A DNA stretch of 64,000 bases from a virus, in IMG/VR virus record IMGVR_UViG_3300020439_000004, positions 44,943 through 108,942 of that record; one strand, 5' to 3'. Under the pieces are notes generated by a model, which had not been told where the DNA came from, did not search any database, and saw nothing but the letters and a program-made list of their open reading frames with translations. Below are positions 18,062 through 27,533 of this stretch, piece by piece; position 1 is the first letter of the stretch, and the number at the start of each line of letters is the position of its first letter. A program made the position numbers and the translations under genes.

Positions 18062-20748
18062 GTTTAGAAACTATAAATAGCGTAGATATAAATTTTTCTA
18101 ATGGTGCAGGTGGACACACTGCAACAGTAAACTCAACTGTTGATGTAAAAAACTCAGACGGATCTCCTTCTTTGGGAGTTGTTGATGGAGAGATAGGGTC
18201 TAAGAATTATTTTTCTAAAGATGAGATAAATAATATTATGTCTAGATTCATATGTACATCTCTTACTAAAAATCAAGGTCCAATAGGGTTAACCGTTTCT
18301 AGAAAATATTCAGACATAACATCTCTAACATTAAACTCTTACTTGGTAATGGTTCGAGGCGTGAATGCACCGCCAGATAACTCTGACTCTTTCGAGGGTA
18401 TGTTTCCATTTTTCTCAGAGGTAAAGGGAAGTCCTTTAAAATCTTACCCATCTACTAGCGTTAGAGAAATTGAAGGTAAAAGAATTTTAGTTGTTGGTAG
18501 AATATACAACTATGAAAGCGCAACTGTACTAAATGGCTTGAAAGTTTCTTTGGTTTATAATGATCAAGAATTGAAAAAAAATCTTTGCTTGAATCAAGAT
18601 ACTGTAACTCAACCGTATAAAGACTCGCCAAGTTTAGTTAATTACACTTTGAAGTTTGGATATACCTTGAATGAATATTTGGAGATGCTTGATCATGTAG
18701 GTATAGTTCATAAAGGTTTAGAAAATGTAGAAAACGGAGACACTATTTTATTTGAGAATAGTGGCACTTTAGCAGATGTAACTTCCGCTATAGCAGCTTA
18801 CTTTGGTTATTATTATTTTATTGATCCAAATACAGGGCATTTAAATTTCATTGATAGTAGAATAGCGTCTGATATAGAAATTACTGACTTCACGCAAACA
18901 ACTGACGAAAATATTGTTTCTGCTACTTTCACTGAAGACAAGTTTACTCCAGAAATAGTTAATGCTTATGTAGGAAGTGCAGATAAACCTAGCATCAATA
19001 CAGAACAAGGTAGATTTAAATTTGGTGATGGAGGAGATGGTAATGGACGTTCTACTAAATTAAATTTTTTCCAACTTACAAAAGAGGACACTACAGCATC
19101 AAATGGGGATATTGCTCTAACTTCAGATGTAATAAGTCTTTATTACATGTTTTTCGCTTTGGGTTTTGAAGGTAGCAAACATTTATTTGATATATATACA
19201 TATGCTTTGATGCTTAATAACTTTTTATATAGACCTAAATTTAGGATTCTTTTTCCACAAGGCGGTGATAACGGTGGCTTGCAGTTTAATAACCTTGAAA
19301 ACTTTCCAAAAAGATTAATAAAATTTGAAAGAAATTCTTTTTGTCGAGATGCAAAATCCCCCCAAAAACATGAATTAGGTATTATTGATACTTTTGCTAT
19401 AAGAGGAGCGCAACTATCTTTAGATGGCCAGACGATAACAAAGTATTCCATACACAATTCTCCTGAAGAATTTTTACAAAATAATGTTATAAAGGATGAT
19501 GCAAATGTAAAAAGATTAGCGAAGGTGGGAAAATTACCTAACGCTTTTGATAATATCAATGGGTTAACTGAAGCCGCTGCATACCCTATAAGTTATCAAG
19601 CAATAAAAGGAGCTGATGGAGAACCAATTCAAGTAGGAAAACCGTCAGAAAGCGACTTATTTAGTTTTTTACAGGGTTACTTTGAATTTGCAGGAGGTCT
19701 TTATATAACTTCTGGAATGTCTGAAGATAAAGCTAGTAGACTTGTTAATATAGAAGATAAAGGTTTTGAGCTTCTCGGACCCTTTGATAAAGATACAACA
19801 TTTGCAGACGCAGCAGACGAGCAAGGTGTACAGGCTGAAGTTTTTCAATGGCTTATAAACTATAGAGGTTTTACAAAAGCTTCAAAAATTAGAGAATTAA
19901 CTGGAGCAGCGCTTTTTGGACAAAAGGACGTTGGAGATTTTCATTATATAGCTGTTAAAAAGTGGGCTAGAGCCGCTACAATACCAAGAGTCAGGGGTGG
20001 CGATCAAGCTGGTTTTATTAAAGAACAAACTGACAAATATAGATTTCTTCTAAATATGGCTGATATTGAAGAAAGTGATGCGGGTTCAAATACAATTTTG
20101 ATAGAGTCACGGGATGAGGCCATTGGTAAAAAAGATTTATTTGATAGAGTTACTGAATTAGCAACAGTTTCAAGATTCGGTTATAGAAGAGCTGTTAAAG
20201 AAGCCGCCAATCTTGATCGTAGACAATTTCAAATGAACGCAGAAATTCTTAAAAAGAGAATACGTGCCAATGACGATCAGGAGCAAGAAGATAAAGAAGA
20301 AAATAATCAGCTTGTAGGAGATCCTGTCGATAATGAAAAACTAAAAGAGTTGTTGCAAAGATACGACTTAAAATCTTTCAATTTTGATGCACCTAAAACT
20401 GATCAATATACACCCTTAAGTTTAGTAGTAGCTAATGGTTCTACTGTCGAGGTCAACGCATTAAGGGAAGCAACTCAAAAGAGTTATTTAGAAACCCCTC
20501 CAAAAAATTTAAAATCATCTTCAAAAACAATTTATGGATTAGAGATACCTTCAGAGTTTAAAATAACTACAAGTTCTTTTCAAATAAGGGTTGGTTCTGA
20601 TGGTATAACAACAACTATTGGGGAATCAACACTTAAGCTAATACCGCCGACTAAAGAGTTTATTGTAAATCAAGCTATGGAAACTATAGGAACTCCTTCT
20701 ATAAATCCAAGACTAAGATCTACTCAGAGAAATTACTTAGGTTTATAA
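18058..20748 (+). CDS. putative baseplate hub/central tail protein
   Basis: 896 aa ending the tail operon; hub-like TLADVTSAIAAYFGYYYF. Confidence 0.5.
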   Translation: MSLETINSVDINFSNGAGGHTATVNSTVDVKNSDGSPSLGVVDGEIGSKNYFSKDEINNIMSRFICTSLTKNQGPIGLTVSRKYSDITSLTLNSYLVMVRGVNAPPDNSDSFEGMFPFFSEVKGSPLKSYPSTSVREIEGKRILVVGRIYNYESATVLNGLKVSLVYNDQELKKNLCLNQDTVTQPYKDSPSLVNYTLKFGYTLNEYLEMLDHVGIVHKGLENVENGDTILFENSGTLADVTSAIAAYFGYYYFIDPNTGHLNFIDSRIASDIEITDFTQTTDENIVSATFTEDKFTPEIVNAYVGSADKPSINTEQGRFKFGDGGDGNGRSTKLNFFQLTKEDTTASNGDIALTSDVISLYYMFFALGFEGSKHLFDIYTYALMLNNFLYRPKFRILFPQGGDNGGLQFNNLENFPKRLIKFERNSFCRDAKSPQKHELGIIDTFAIRGAQLSLDGQTITKYSIHNSPEEFLQNNVIKDDANVKRLAKVGKLPNAFDNINGLTEAAAYPISYQAIKGADGEPIQVGKPSESDLFSFLQGYFEFAGGLYITSGMSEDKASRLVNIEDKGFELLGPFDKDTTFADAADEQGVQAEVFQWLINYRGFTKASKIRELTGAALFGQKDVGDFHYIAVKKWARAATIPRVRGGDQAGFIKEQTDKYRFLLNMADIEESDAGSNTILIESRDEAIGKKDLFDRVTELATVSRFGYRRAVKEAANLDRRQFQMNAEILKKRIRANDDQEQEDKEENNQLVGDPVDNEKLKELLQRYDLKSFNFDAPKTDQYTPLSLVVANGSTVEVNALREATQKSYLETPPKNLKSSSKTIYGLEIPSEFKITTSSFQIRVGSDGITTTIGESTLKLIPPTKEFIVNQAMETIGTPSINPRLRSTQRNYLGL

Positions 20749-20750
20749 TA

Positions 20751-21527
20751 TCAACCTTGAGCTTTTCTAATAAGAGCTATAAGTATTCTGCACTCTTTGG
20801 CGGGAACATCATTAAAGCTGTTCCAGTCTTTTATGTCTTCATTCTTGTAGGTTTCACTCTTCCACAAAGTTCTTAGATAATTTTTAAAGTCATCAAAGTC
20901 AGTGATATTTAAAACTTCTGCTAAAGTTTTTTGTAATGTTCCAGTAGGTGTGATTGCAAAAATTTGAGAAGCTTGTCCTGATTTCTTTTGTATTGGGGTC
21001 TTGTTTTCAGATTTATCTATCTCATCTGCTCCAACAATATGAACGCCTAGATAATTTCTAACGCATCTTACAAAAGCTCTATTGCAAGCAATAGTTTCTA
21101 GGAATTTAGCGCAGAAAGAATCCGTGTTATCTAAGGTTGCATTTGCTGTATCTGAGTAAATTACAGAATATTCAGAGACAGACTCATAGTTATTACACCA
21201 AGTTATAGTACATTTAGCTACAACATATTCTTCTGTAACATTAGTTACATCAAAGTTGACTGATGTATATCCTCTGAGTTTTGCTAATTCCTTTATACCT
21301 CCTAGCATTACTAAGAGTTGATTATCTTTCAATCCTTCAGTGCTAGTAGGAACATCCATTTTCCTAGCCTCAAACCAATCTTTATTAGCATAAAGATATT
21401 CAGGCTTGATCATAGCCCGCCAATTTACAGATCCATCATCATTAAACTTGTAATCTACATTTTCTAATAAACCATGAATATCCCTCTTGTAGATATCGGG
21501 ACCGTAAATCTTCTTTTTAGTCATCAA
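20751..21527 (-). CDS. ssDNA-annealing protein (Rad52/Sak-like)
   Basis: GGIKELAKLRG, VVAKCTITW, ETIACNRAFVRCVRNYLG. Confidence 0.55.
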   Translation of the reverse strand: MMTKKKIYGPDIYKRDIHGLLENVDYKFNDDGSVNWRAMIKPEYLYANKDWFEARKMDVPTSTEGLKDNQLLVMLGGIKELAKLRGYTSVNFDVTNVTEEYVVAKCTITWCNNYESVSEYSVIYSDTANATLDNTDSFCAKFLETIACNRAFVRCVRNYLGVHIVGADEIDKSENKTPIQKKSGQASQIFAITPTGTLQKTLAEVLNITDFDDFKNYLRTLWKSETYKNEDIKDWNSFNDVPAKECRILIALIRKAQG

Positions 21528-22641
21528 CGGTATTATAAATCATAAGCCAATCTAAGTCAACAAATAAATCATTCTCATTTTTTCTTTCATTCCTATCATA
21601 ATGACTTTCATAAATATTATTGCCGCAAATAATCTTTTTTCTGCTTTTTATTTTTAATGAATTTAAATTAACTCCTTCTAGTAATTTTTTATTGGTTTTT
21701 ATGATTTCGGGTTTTTTATTTTGATGTATGAGATAATCAAAGAATTTTACTCTTTCTTTATCTATGTTTTTACTGTCTGTACATACTAGGGTTGTTTCTA
21801 GCCCAGATTTCTTAAGAAGATCTACAAAGTCTTTATCAAAAGAATCAGCTTCATAGGTAATCCTCTGTATTCTTTTTGACATTAATATGCTAGCATCTAT
21901 TGGATTTTTTGTTGTAACTTCTGCGGGAGTAAATTGTAGAATTTTGCTTAGTGCATCCTCATTGTGAGCCAAGTCCATTCTTATTGAAACAGGGCCGCCT
22001 TGAAAATTAGTTGGCTGTGATGGAACAACTTCAATACAATTAAATATTGATCTTGGCCCCATATAAATAGTTTCTTCTTTTATATTTTTATCTATCTCTA
22101 AAACATCAAGAACTGCTTGAGCTATTTTTTCTGGTTTGATTAAATTAATTGTTTTTGGGTTTTCTTCTAAAGCAAAAGATGGCCTTCTACCATCTCTATC
22201 GGATTCTATTGTTATAGCTTTACTTTTTTTATTCCACAAAGGGTCGCAAGTATTTGCATAAGTGTGTGAGTATATCCCAACAACAGGCTTATCAAAAGCA
22301 GAAGCTAGGTGAACTGGAACGCTATCAATCCCTACATGACCTAGTGATTTTTGAATAATGTAGCTACTTTGTTTTAAAGAAAAAGTTGGAATATGTCTGT
22401 CTACACCTTCTATAGTTTCTTCTCCAAAAGCTCCTATTTGTATTATTTTTATATCTCCTAGATGCGGCTTTAATAGTTCAATAACTTCTGGCCAAAAATT
22501 ATATTCTTTAGCTTGAACTTTTTTGTCATTGTGGATTGTAATGTATTTATCAAAGGGTACAGGAAAGAAGTGAGGCTTTATTACAGGCTTTCCTATTCTA
22601 ACTCCGCAAGATTTTGCATATTCTTCTGCTAAATGACTCAT
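21517..22641 (-). CDS. GT9 (heptosyltransferase-like) C-terminal lobe plus an extra domain
   Basis: YITIH..K.Y..W, QIG, HVGIDSVPVHLASAFDKPVVGIY. Confidence 0.8.
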   Translation of the reverse strand: MSHLAEEYAKSCGVRIGKPVIKPHFFPVPFDKYITIHNDKKVQAKEYNFWPEVIELLKPHLGDIKIIQIGAFGEETIEGVDRHIPTFSLKQSSYIIQKSLGHVGIDSVPVHLASAFDKPVVGIYSHTYANTCDPLWNKKSKAITIESDRDGRRPSFALEENPKTINLIKPEKIAQAVLDVLEIDKNIKEETIYMGPRSIFNCIEVVPSQPTNFQGGPVSIRMDLAHNEDALSKILQFTPAEVTTKNPIDASILMSKRIQRITYEADSFDKDFVDLLKKSGLETTLVCTDSKNIDKERVKFFDYLIHQNKKPEIIKTNKKLLEGVNLNSLKIKSRKKIICGNNIYESHYDRNERKNENDLFVDLDWLMIYNTVDD

Positions 22642-24359
22642 CTTAATTTAAATTGTGTTTTATCTTTTCCGTTGTGCGTATAGCTGTATGTTCTTTGAGT
22701 TGTTGCATGAGGAAAGAATGCTATATCAAAATATCCTTGATTATCCCCTCTGCCTTCAAGCACATAACAATTATCTATTTGTGGTTGATAGGGTAAAACC
22801 TTTTCTAAGTCAGGATTGTCATCAATCATGTGAAAATACTGAGGTTTAGTAAAGACATAAATCTTTTTATCTGGGTAAAGTTTTTTTACATTATGTATTA
22901 GTGAGTTTATCATTAACACATCCCCAGCAGAGTCAGGCATTACAATAGCTAGTCTGTCTTCTTGTTTTGTATCTCCCAGTACATCCTCTAAGCTTGGAGT
23001 TTTTTGTTCTTCTTTTTTAACCTCATCTATTGCTAAAGGTTTCTTTAAGGAAAATAAAATATGTTTTAGTTTGTTAGCTATAACTGGAATTGAGAATGTA
23101 TTTTGTACATACCTAATTCCATTGGTTGTAATTTTATATTTAATAGCTTCATCCATCATATAAACCTTTTTTAATTTTGCGGCTATATCAAAAGGACAAG
23201 TTGAAGCTTTTACAAATTGTGTTTGAGGTTCTCTATACTCATTCCATTTTAAAGGGAGTCCTCCTTGATCCTCGTAGCACGAATCAGTACCACAAGAATA
23301 TTCAGTGACTAATGTAATTAAACCCGCAGCCTTTGCTTCTTGAATCGGCAGTTCTTGGCCTCCACTTGTAAAAGGATGACAATATACATCCATGCAGTTG
23401 TATATTTCATTTAGTTGAATTTCAGTAACACCCTTTCCGCTAGTCTTTGTCTTTAATTGTTTTTCAGCTCCACAAGCTGGACATTTTAATTCCTCGCCCT
23501 GATATGGCTGAACATGGTAATGATCACATTTATGACAAAGATAGGTTGCTAAGACATCTTCCTTGTCTACATTTTTCTCTTTTAAGTATCTTGGAATATC
23601 CCAACCTTGACCTACTTCAGACCAGTCGGTGTGAAGTAATAGCTTTGGTTTAGATTGAGGATTTTTTTCTTTAAACTTTCTAAAACCATCAAGTAAATTT
23701 GGTACTGATTTTCTAAGTTGATTTTTAAAAACAAACCCAATGACATAATTATCAGAAAGATTAAATCTTTTTCTTATATCGTCTCTATTATCAAGAGGTT
23801 TAAAGTTTGTATAATCAACAGCGCCATGAAGAGTCTCAACATTTTTATGACCAAGCTTTTTCATTTCTTGCTCTGCAAACGATGCCCATACTAGCATTTT
23901 ATCGCAGTGAGGTTCCATTTGTAATGCTTGATCTAAAATTGGAACACTATCTAAAGTTGTCCAAAGAATTTTATTTATTTTATTCCACCAAGGTTTTTGT
24001 TCGTATTGAGGAAAAGCCCAGATATCTTCCACTCCAATATATACATCAGGCTTGCAGTCTTCTACAATTTCATCTATGGCATAACCTCCATAGGCATTGT
24101 ATCTATCTTTTAAAGGGTCTCCTTGTATCTGTTGTAATATATTTGGATCTTGATTTAGAGTTCCATAAGATTTCCAAGGTGTTAAAAGTTCGGTTCCATA
24201 TCTTATGCCGTTAGCAGCTTCAAAAACTTCTATCCTTGGATCTTCATGTAAGGCTAATAGTATATTTCTGGCATTTTTGCCAAAACCTGTAACCATCCTA
24301 GAATGGTTAGAATGAAATAAAACTTTTAGTTTTTTAGAAGGGGACTTCTTCGTCATCAT
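22638..24359 (-). CDS. GT4 glycosyltransferase with CxxC/CxxC insert, fused to a GT9 N-terminal lobe
   Basis: NQLRKSVPNLL, GGQELPIQEAKAAG; CHKC..CPAC; C-terminal SAGDVLMINSLIHNVKKLYPD..NPDLEKV. Confidence 0.8.
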   Translation of the reverse strand: MMTKKSPSKKLKVLFHSNHSRMVTGFGKNARNILLALHEDPRIEVFEAANGIRYGTELLTPWKSYGTLNQDPNILQQIQGDPLKDRYNAYGGYAIDEIVEDCKPDVYIGVEDIWAFPQYEQKPWWNKINKILWTTLDSVPILDQALQMEPHCDKMLVWASFAEQEMKKLGHKNVETLHGAVDYTNFKPLDNRDDIRKRFNLSDNYVIGFVFKNQLRKSVPNLLDGFRKFKEKNPQSKPKLLLHTDWSEVGQGWDIPRYLKEKNVDKEDVLATYLCHKCDHYHVQPYQGEELKCPACGAEKQLKTKTSGKGVTEIQLNEIYNCMDVYCHPFTSGGQELPIQEAKAAGLITLVTEYSCGTDSCYEDQGGLPLKWNEYREPQTQFVKASTCPFDIAAKLKKVYMMDEAIKYKITTNGIRYVQNTFSIPVIANKLKHILFSLKKPLAIDEVKKEEQKTPSLEDVLGDTKQEDRLAIVMPDSAGDVLMINSLIHNVKKLYPDKKIYVFTKPQYFHMIDDNPDLEKVLPYQPQIDNCYVLEGRGDNQGYFDIAFFPHATTQRTYSYTHNGKDKTQFKLR

Positions 24360-24897
24360 CTTCGTCTATTTGGGGTTCTTTTTGCGCTGGTTTTTTATAC
24401 TCTTTTTTAGGCACTGTGGAAGATTCAAATGACTGTTTTATAAATTCTTTTAGTAGTTGAGCTAAAACTTCAACTTCTCCAGCCTCAAGAGGTATCCTAA
24501 ATATTTGTGTAGAATTTCTAGTTATATTAATACCAAAGGCTGGTGTTTCATACCATTTGTCTCCATCTTTTTCTTTTACTTTTCGCTTTTTATCCCAAGG
24601 CGCGAATTTAATTATTGTTGTATCTTGATCTTTTTTATGGAATGCAACAAAAGGTATTCTATTTTTAAATGAAGATAAGATTTCACCTGCCTCTATAAGC
24701 GATAAAGCTGTAGTAGCAGATTTCTCAGGGTTTTTTGCATTCTCCTTGAAAGAGCCTGTTTTTCTGTCATCATTCCAGCTAAATTGCTGGATCATTGAAA
24801 CAAAAAGTACAGGTTTGCCATTATTGCCTTTGTTGATGGAAAAGCTGAAAGCTGCACCTTGATTTTTAGAGTTTGGCTTATAAAGAGTAAAATTCAT
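24334..24897 (-). CDS. putative ssDNA-binding protein
   Basis: SSB-like acidic tail DEDDDEEVPF. Confidence 0.5.
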   Translation of the reverse strand: MNFTLYKPNSKNQGAAFSFSINKGNNGKPVLFVSMIQQFSWNDDRKTGSFKENAKNPEKSATTALSLIEAGEILSSFKNRIPFVAFHKKDQDTTIIKFAPWDKKRKVKEKDGDKWYETPAFGINITRNSTQIFRIPLEAGEVEVLAQLLKEFIKQSFESSTVPKKEYKKPAQKEPQIDEDDDEEVPF

Positions 24898-24904
24898 TGA
24901 ATTA

Positions 24905-24910
24905 GTGTAA
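24905..24910 (+). promoter_or_regulatory. GTGTAA putative late promoter element
   Basis: Upstream of the lone plus-strand virion gene. Confidence 0.6.
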
Positions 24911-24927
24911 AGTTATTTAGATAATCT

Positions 24928-24956
24928 ATTGTAGTATGGCATTTAATAAAATTCAA
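24928..24956 (-). promoter_or_regulatory. sigma70-type promoter for the SSB/GT operon
   Basis: Minus strand TTGAAT-17-TACAAT. Confidence 0.55.
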
Positions 24957-25691
24957 CCTGAACAGATACAATTAGCGACTTTTTTCAGTTCTTCTGGAGA
25001 TATTTCTATAGATCAAACTGACACTGGGGTTGGTTTAAATTTATCTAGAGAAATTACTGGGGATTTTTACTTAACTGGACATACTTCTAATCCTCTTGTT
25101 ATCAATAAGAGACCTGTATTTAGCATGCCTATAACTGGCACAAATACTATAGATGATTTTACTAGCGGCACTTTTGTTTTCAATGGGGCTGGCAATACTG
25201 TAAGTGGTACAAGAAATATGGTTATTAATGGTGCTAGTAATGTATTTACAGGAAATGGTGTTGATAATGTTGTTGTAAATGGAGCTTCTAGTGATTTTGG
25301 GTCAGGTACAAATAGTTGTACAAGTTTAGCTGGAGATGGGGCTGACTTTGCCAATCAAATTACAGGAGCTGTAATAATAACTGATGTTACAACTAGCACT
25401 CCTGCTGCAATATCAAATCATTCAATGTTGATAGATTTTGATTCTGGAACCTTTTTCGCTGGCGGGGATGTAAGGTTTTCTACAGATATAAATGTAGCTA
25501 GCGCCTCTTCTGGAATGTTCTCTGGAGACTTGAATGTTATTGGAGATACGTTATTGGGAGAAAATTTTAGAATGCCTCTTTTTTCAGGTCAAACAGTAGT
25601 GGCTGATTCTGGGCAAATGATGTTTTCTGGAGGTAGACCGATTTTCCATGACGGAACTTCTTGGGTCGGAATAACTACAGAACCTATTTAA
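24936..25691 (+). CDS. short fibre-like virion protein
   Basis: NGAxN repeats and a GAVIITD..LIDFDSG motif also present in the large fibre. Confidence 0.55.
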   Translation: MAFNKIQPEQIQLATFFSSSGDISIDQTDTGVGLNLSREITGDFYLTGHTSNPLVINKRPVFSMPITGTNTIDDFTSGTFVFNGAGNTVSGTRNMVINGASNVFTGNGVDNVVVNGASSDFGSGTNSCTSLAGDGADFANQITGAVIITDVTTSTPAAISNHSMLIDFDSGTFFAGGDVRFSTDINVASASSGMFSGDLNVIGDTLLGENFRMPLFSGQTVVADSGQMMFSGGRPIFHDGTSWVGITTEPI

Positions 25692-26077
25692 TCAAATTCA
25701 ACCTTAACGTCTTTAGTCTCAAAGGTTTTCTTTTGACCAAGTTCTGATGTGTGTTTTTTGCCACCTGTAGCTTTTGAATAATTTTCAAGCGCTTTTTGCT
25801 TTACTGGATCTACGCCTCCATTAATTTCTGCTCTCCGTTCACTAAGTTCTGCTGAATAGTCCAATAGATCGCCTACAGTACCTTTCATATTGGCCGTCTT
25901 TTCAACATAGTTATTTGCACTAAAAGGATCATCACTGGCTGATATGGCCATATTTGGAGCAAAAAAGACCCTTTCCCACTCAACACCATCTTTGGAGTAA
26001 GTATGAGGGTCATTCATAGATTGAACAACTTCCTCATACTCCTCCTCGGTAGGGTGTTTGTAGATGTAAATAGGCAT
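25688..26077 (-). CDS. FmdB-like small protein (cysteines absent)
   Basis: MPIYIYKHP..EEVVQSMND..WERVFFAP. Confidence 0.5.
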   Translation of the reverse strand: MPIYIYKHPTEEEYEEVVQSMNDPHTYSKDGVEWERVFFAPNMAISASDDPFSANNYVEKTANMKGTVGDLLDYSAELSERRAEINGGVDPVKQKALENYSKATGGKKHTSELGQKKTFETKDVKVEFD

Positions 26078-26409
26078 TAATCAACAGAGATTTCTCTTCT
26101 CTCACTTACACATTTTTTAGGCAATGTGATTGTAAGTAGTCCGTCTTTTGTAGTTGATTTGATATGATCAACTGAGACAGCTCCATATAAATTTAATTTT
26201 AATTCCTTTTCACGGCTATCATTTTTAGCTTTAACTTCTAAAACTTCGTTTGTAGCAGTGATAGTGATGTCATCTTTTGAAAATCCAGCAAGCTCTGCTT
26301 CAGCTACATAGACATCTCCAGATTCTTTCATTGTTATATAATTCTTCGTCGTATTTCCAAATACATCAAAGAGTGAGTCGTATAAATGGGTGTTTAATTT
26401 GTAATTCAT
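26077..26409 (-). CDS. small heat shock protein (Hsp20)
   Basis: AELAGFSKDDITI, DGLLTITLPK alpha-crystallin motifs; likely start 26409. Confidence 0.85.
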   Translation of the reverse strand: MNYKLNTHLYDSLFDVFGNTTKNYITMKESGDVYVAEAELAGFSKDDITITATNEVLEVKAKNDSREKELKLNLYGAVSVDHIKSTTKDGLLTITLPKKCVSERREISVD

Positions 26410-26444
26410 AATACTTATATTATTAACATAATTTGTGCCATAAC

Positions 26445-27533
26445 TCAAACACTGTATATACAGTCTAAGATAGAATCTATGGTCTTTTTATAGGTAAATT
26501 TGTCACGCAATTTTGTCCCTTCTGTGTTAATTTGTCCCACTTTTTCTTCTGCTTTTTCCATAGCAGAGAGTATAGCTTTACCATCTAATTTGTAATATTG
26601 TCCTTGATTGAATGGAGCGCCCTCTTTGAAAAACAAGTTATCATAACAAGGTTGCTTTCCTATGGGATCTACAAGTATGGCGTTGTCTTTTGTGGCCCAA
26701 TCTTTATGTGAACTACAGTTACTTACTAAAGACCATTTACCCAAAGCTGTAGCGTTAAATGCGGGTAAATTCCAACCTTCGCCATTTGATAAGCCAGATA
26801 AATCAATATCAATATTGTTCATTAATATATTCACCTCTTCGTTTGTTTTAAGATGAGGTAAAAAATTAATATTACTCCAATGTTGATTCATTGTAGAGCT
26901 ATTAATAGCCTGTTGCATTTGCTCTTGATTTAAAAAAGAATTATTTACCAAGCAACTCAACTGATATTTAGGATTATTGCCATATTTATTCAGCCATAAT
27001 TGTATCAAAGCTTGAGTATTTTTTCTTCTTTCAAACTTTCCAATCAACCCAAAATGAATAACTTCTTTATCAAATTCTTTTGGTATTTCTTTAAAGTCTG
27101 GGTCAAAACCAAGAGGTACTGCGGAGACGTTTGTGCAGCCTTTTTGCTTAAATGCATCGGCAGCTTCCGTTGAAGAAAAGAAAACGTGTTTCTGCATTTT
27201 AACAATGTTAACTTCCTCTGTTGTTGGAGAATCTAATTCATAAAAAGTATATAGATATTGATTTTGACCTAATGTTTTTTCTGATCCATTTAAGTGCCAA
27301 AGTTTTAAAGTGGGAGTATCTTTATCAAGTTTTGCTAGCCTTTGTGCCGCGATTGAGGATGTCCATTGTTTAAAATCATCATCAATAGTATTGAAAGCTG
27401 AAAAATCTCCTTGATCTCCTATAGGATGAAGACTGATATCAATATCTTGCTCCTTTAAAACTCTTAAAAAGTTTATAGAAACATTACCAAAGCTCAATGC
27501 ATTTATAGGAGCTTCAAAGTTTAATTTTTTCAT
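26445..27533 (-). CDS. GT4-family glycosyltransferase
   Basis: GKFERRKN, SNGEGWNLPAFNATALGK. Confidence 0.8.
   Translation of the reverse strand: MKKLNFEAPINALSFGNVSINFLRVLKEQDIDISLHPIGDQGDFSAFNTIDDDFKQWTSSIAAQRLAKLDKDTPTLKLWHLNGSEKTLGQNQYLYTFYELDSPTTEEVNIVKMQKHVFFSSTEAADAFKQKGCTNVSAVPLGFDPDFKEIPKEFDKEVIHFGLIGKFERRKNTQALIQLWLNKYGNNPKYQLSCLVNNSFLNQEQMQQAINSSTMNQHWSNINFLPHLKTNEEVNILMNNIDIDLSGLSNGEGWNLPAFNATALGKWSLVSNCSSHKDWATKDNAILVDPIGKQPCYDNLFFKEGAPFNQGQYYKLDGKAILSAMEKAEEKVGQINTEGTKLRDKFTYKKTIDSILDCIYSV

Noticed and set aside
3146-20748. Contractile (myovirus) tail
   Set aside because: No sheath or baseplate wedge genes recognisable
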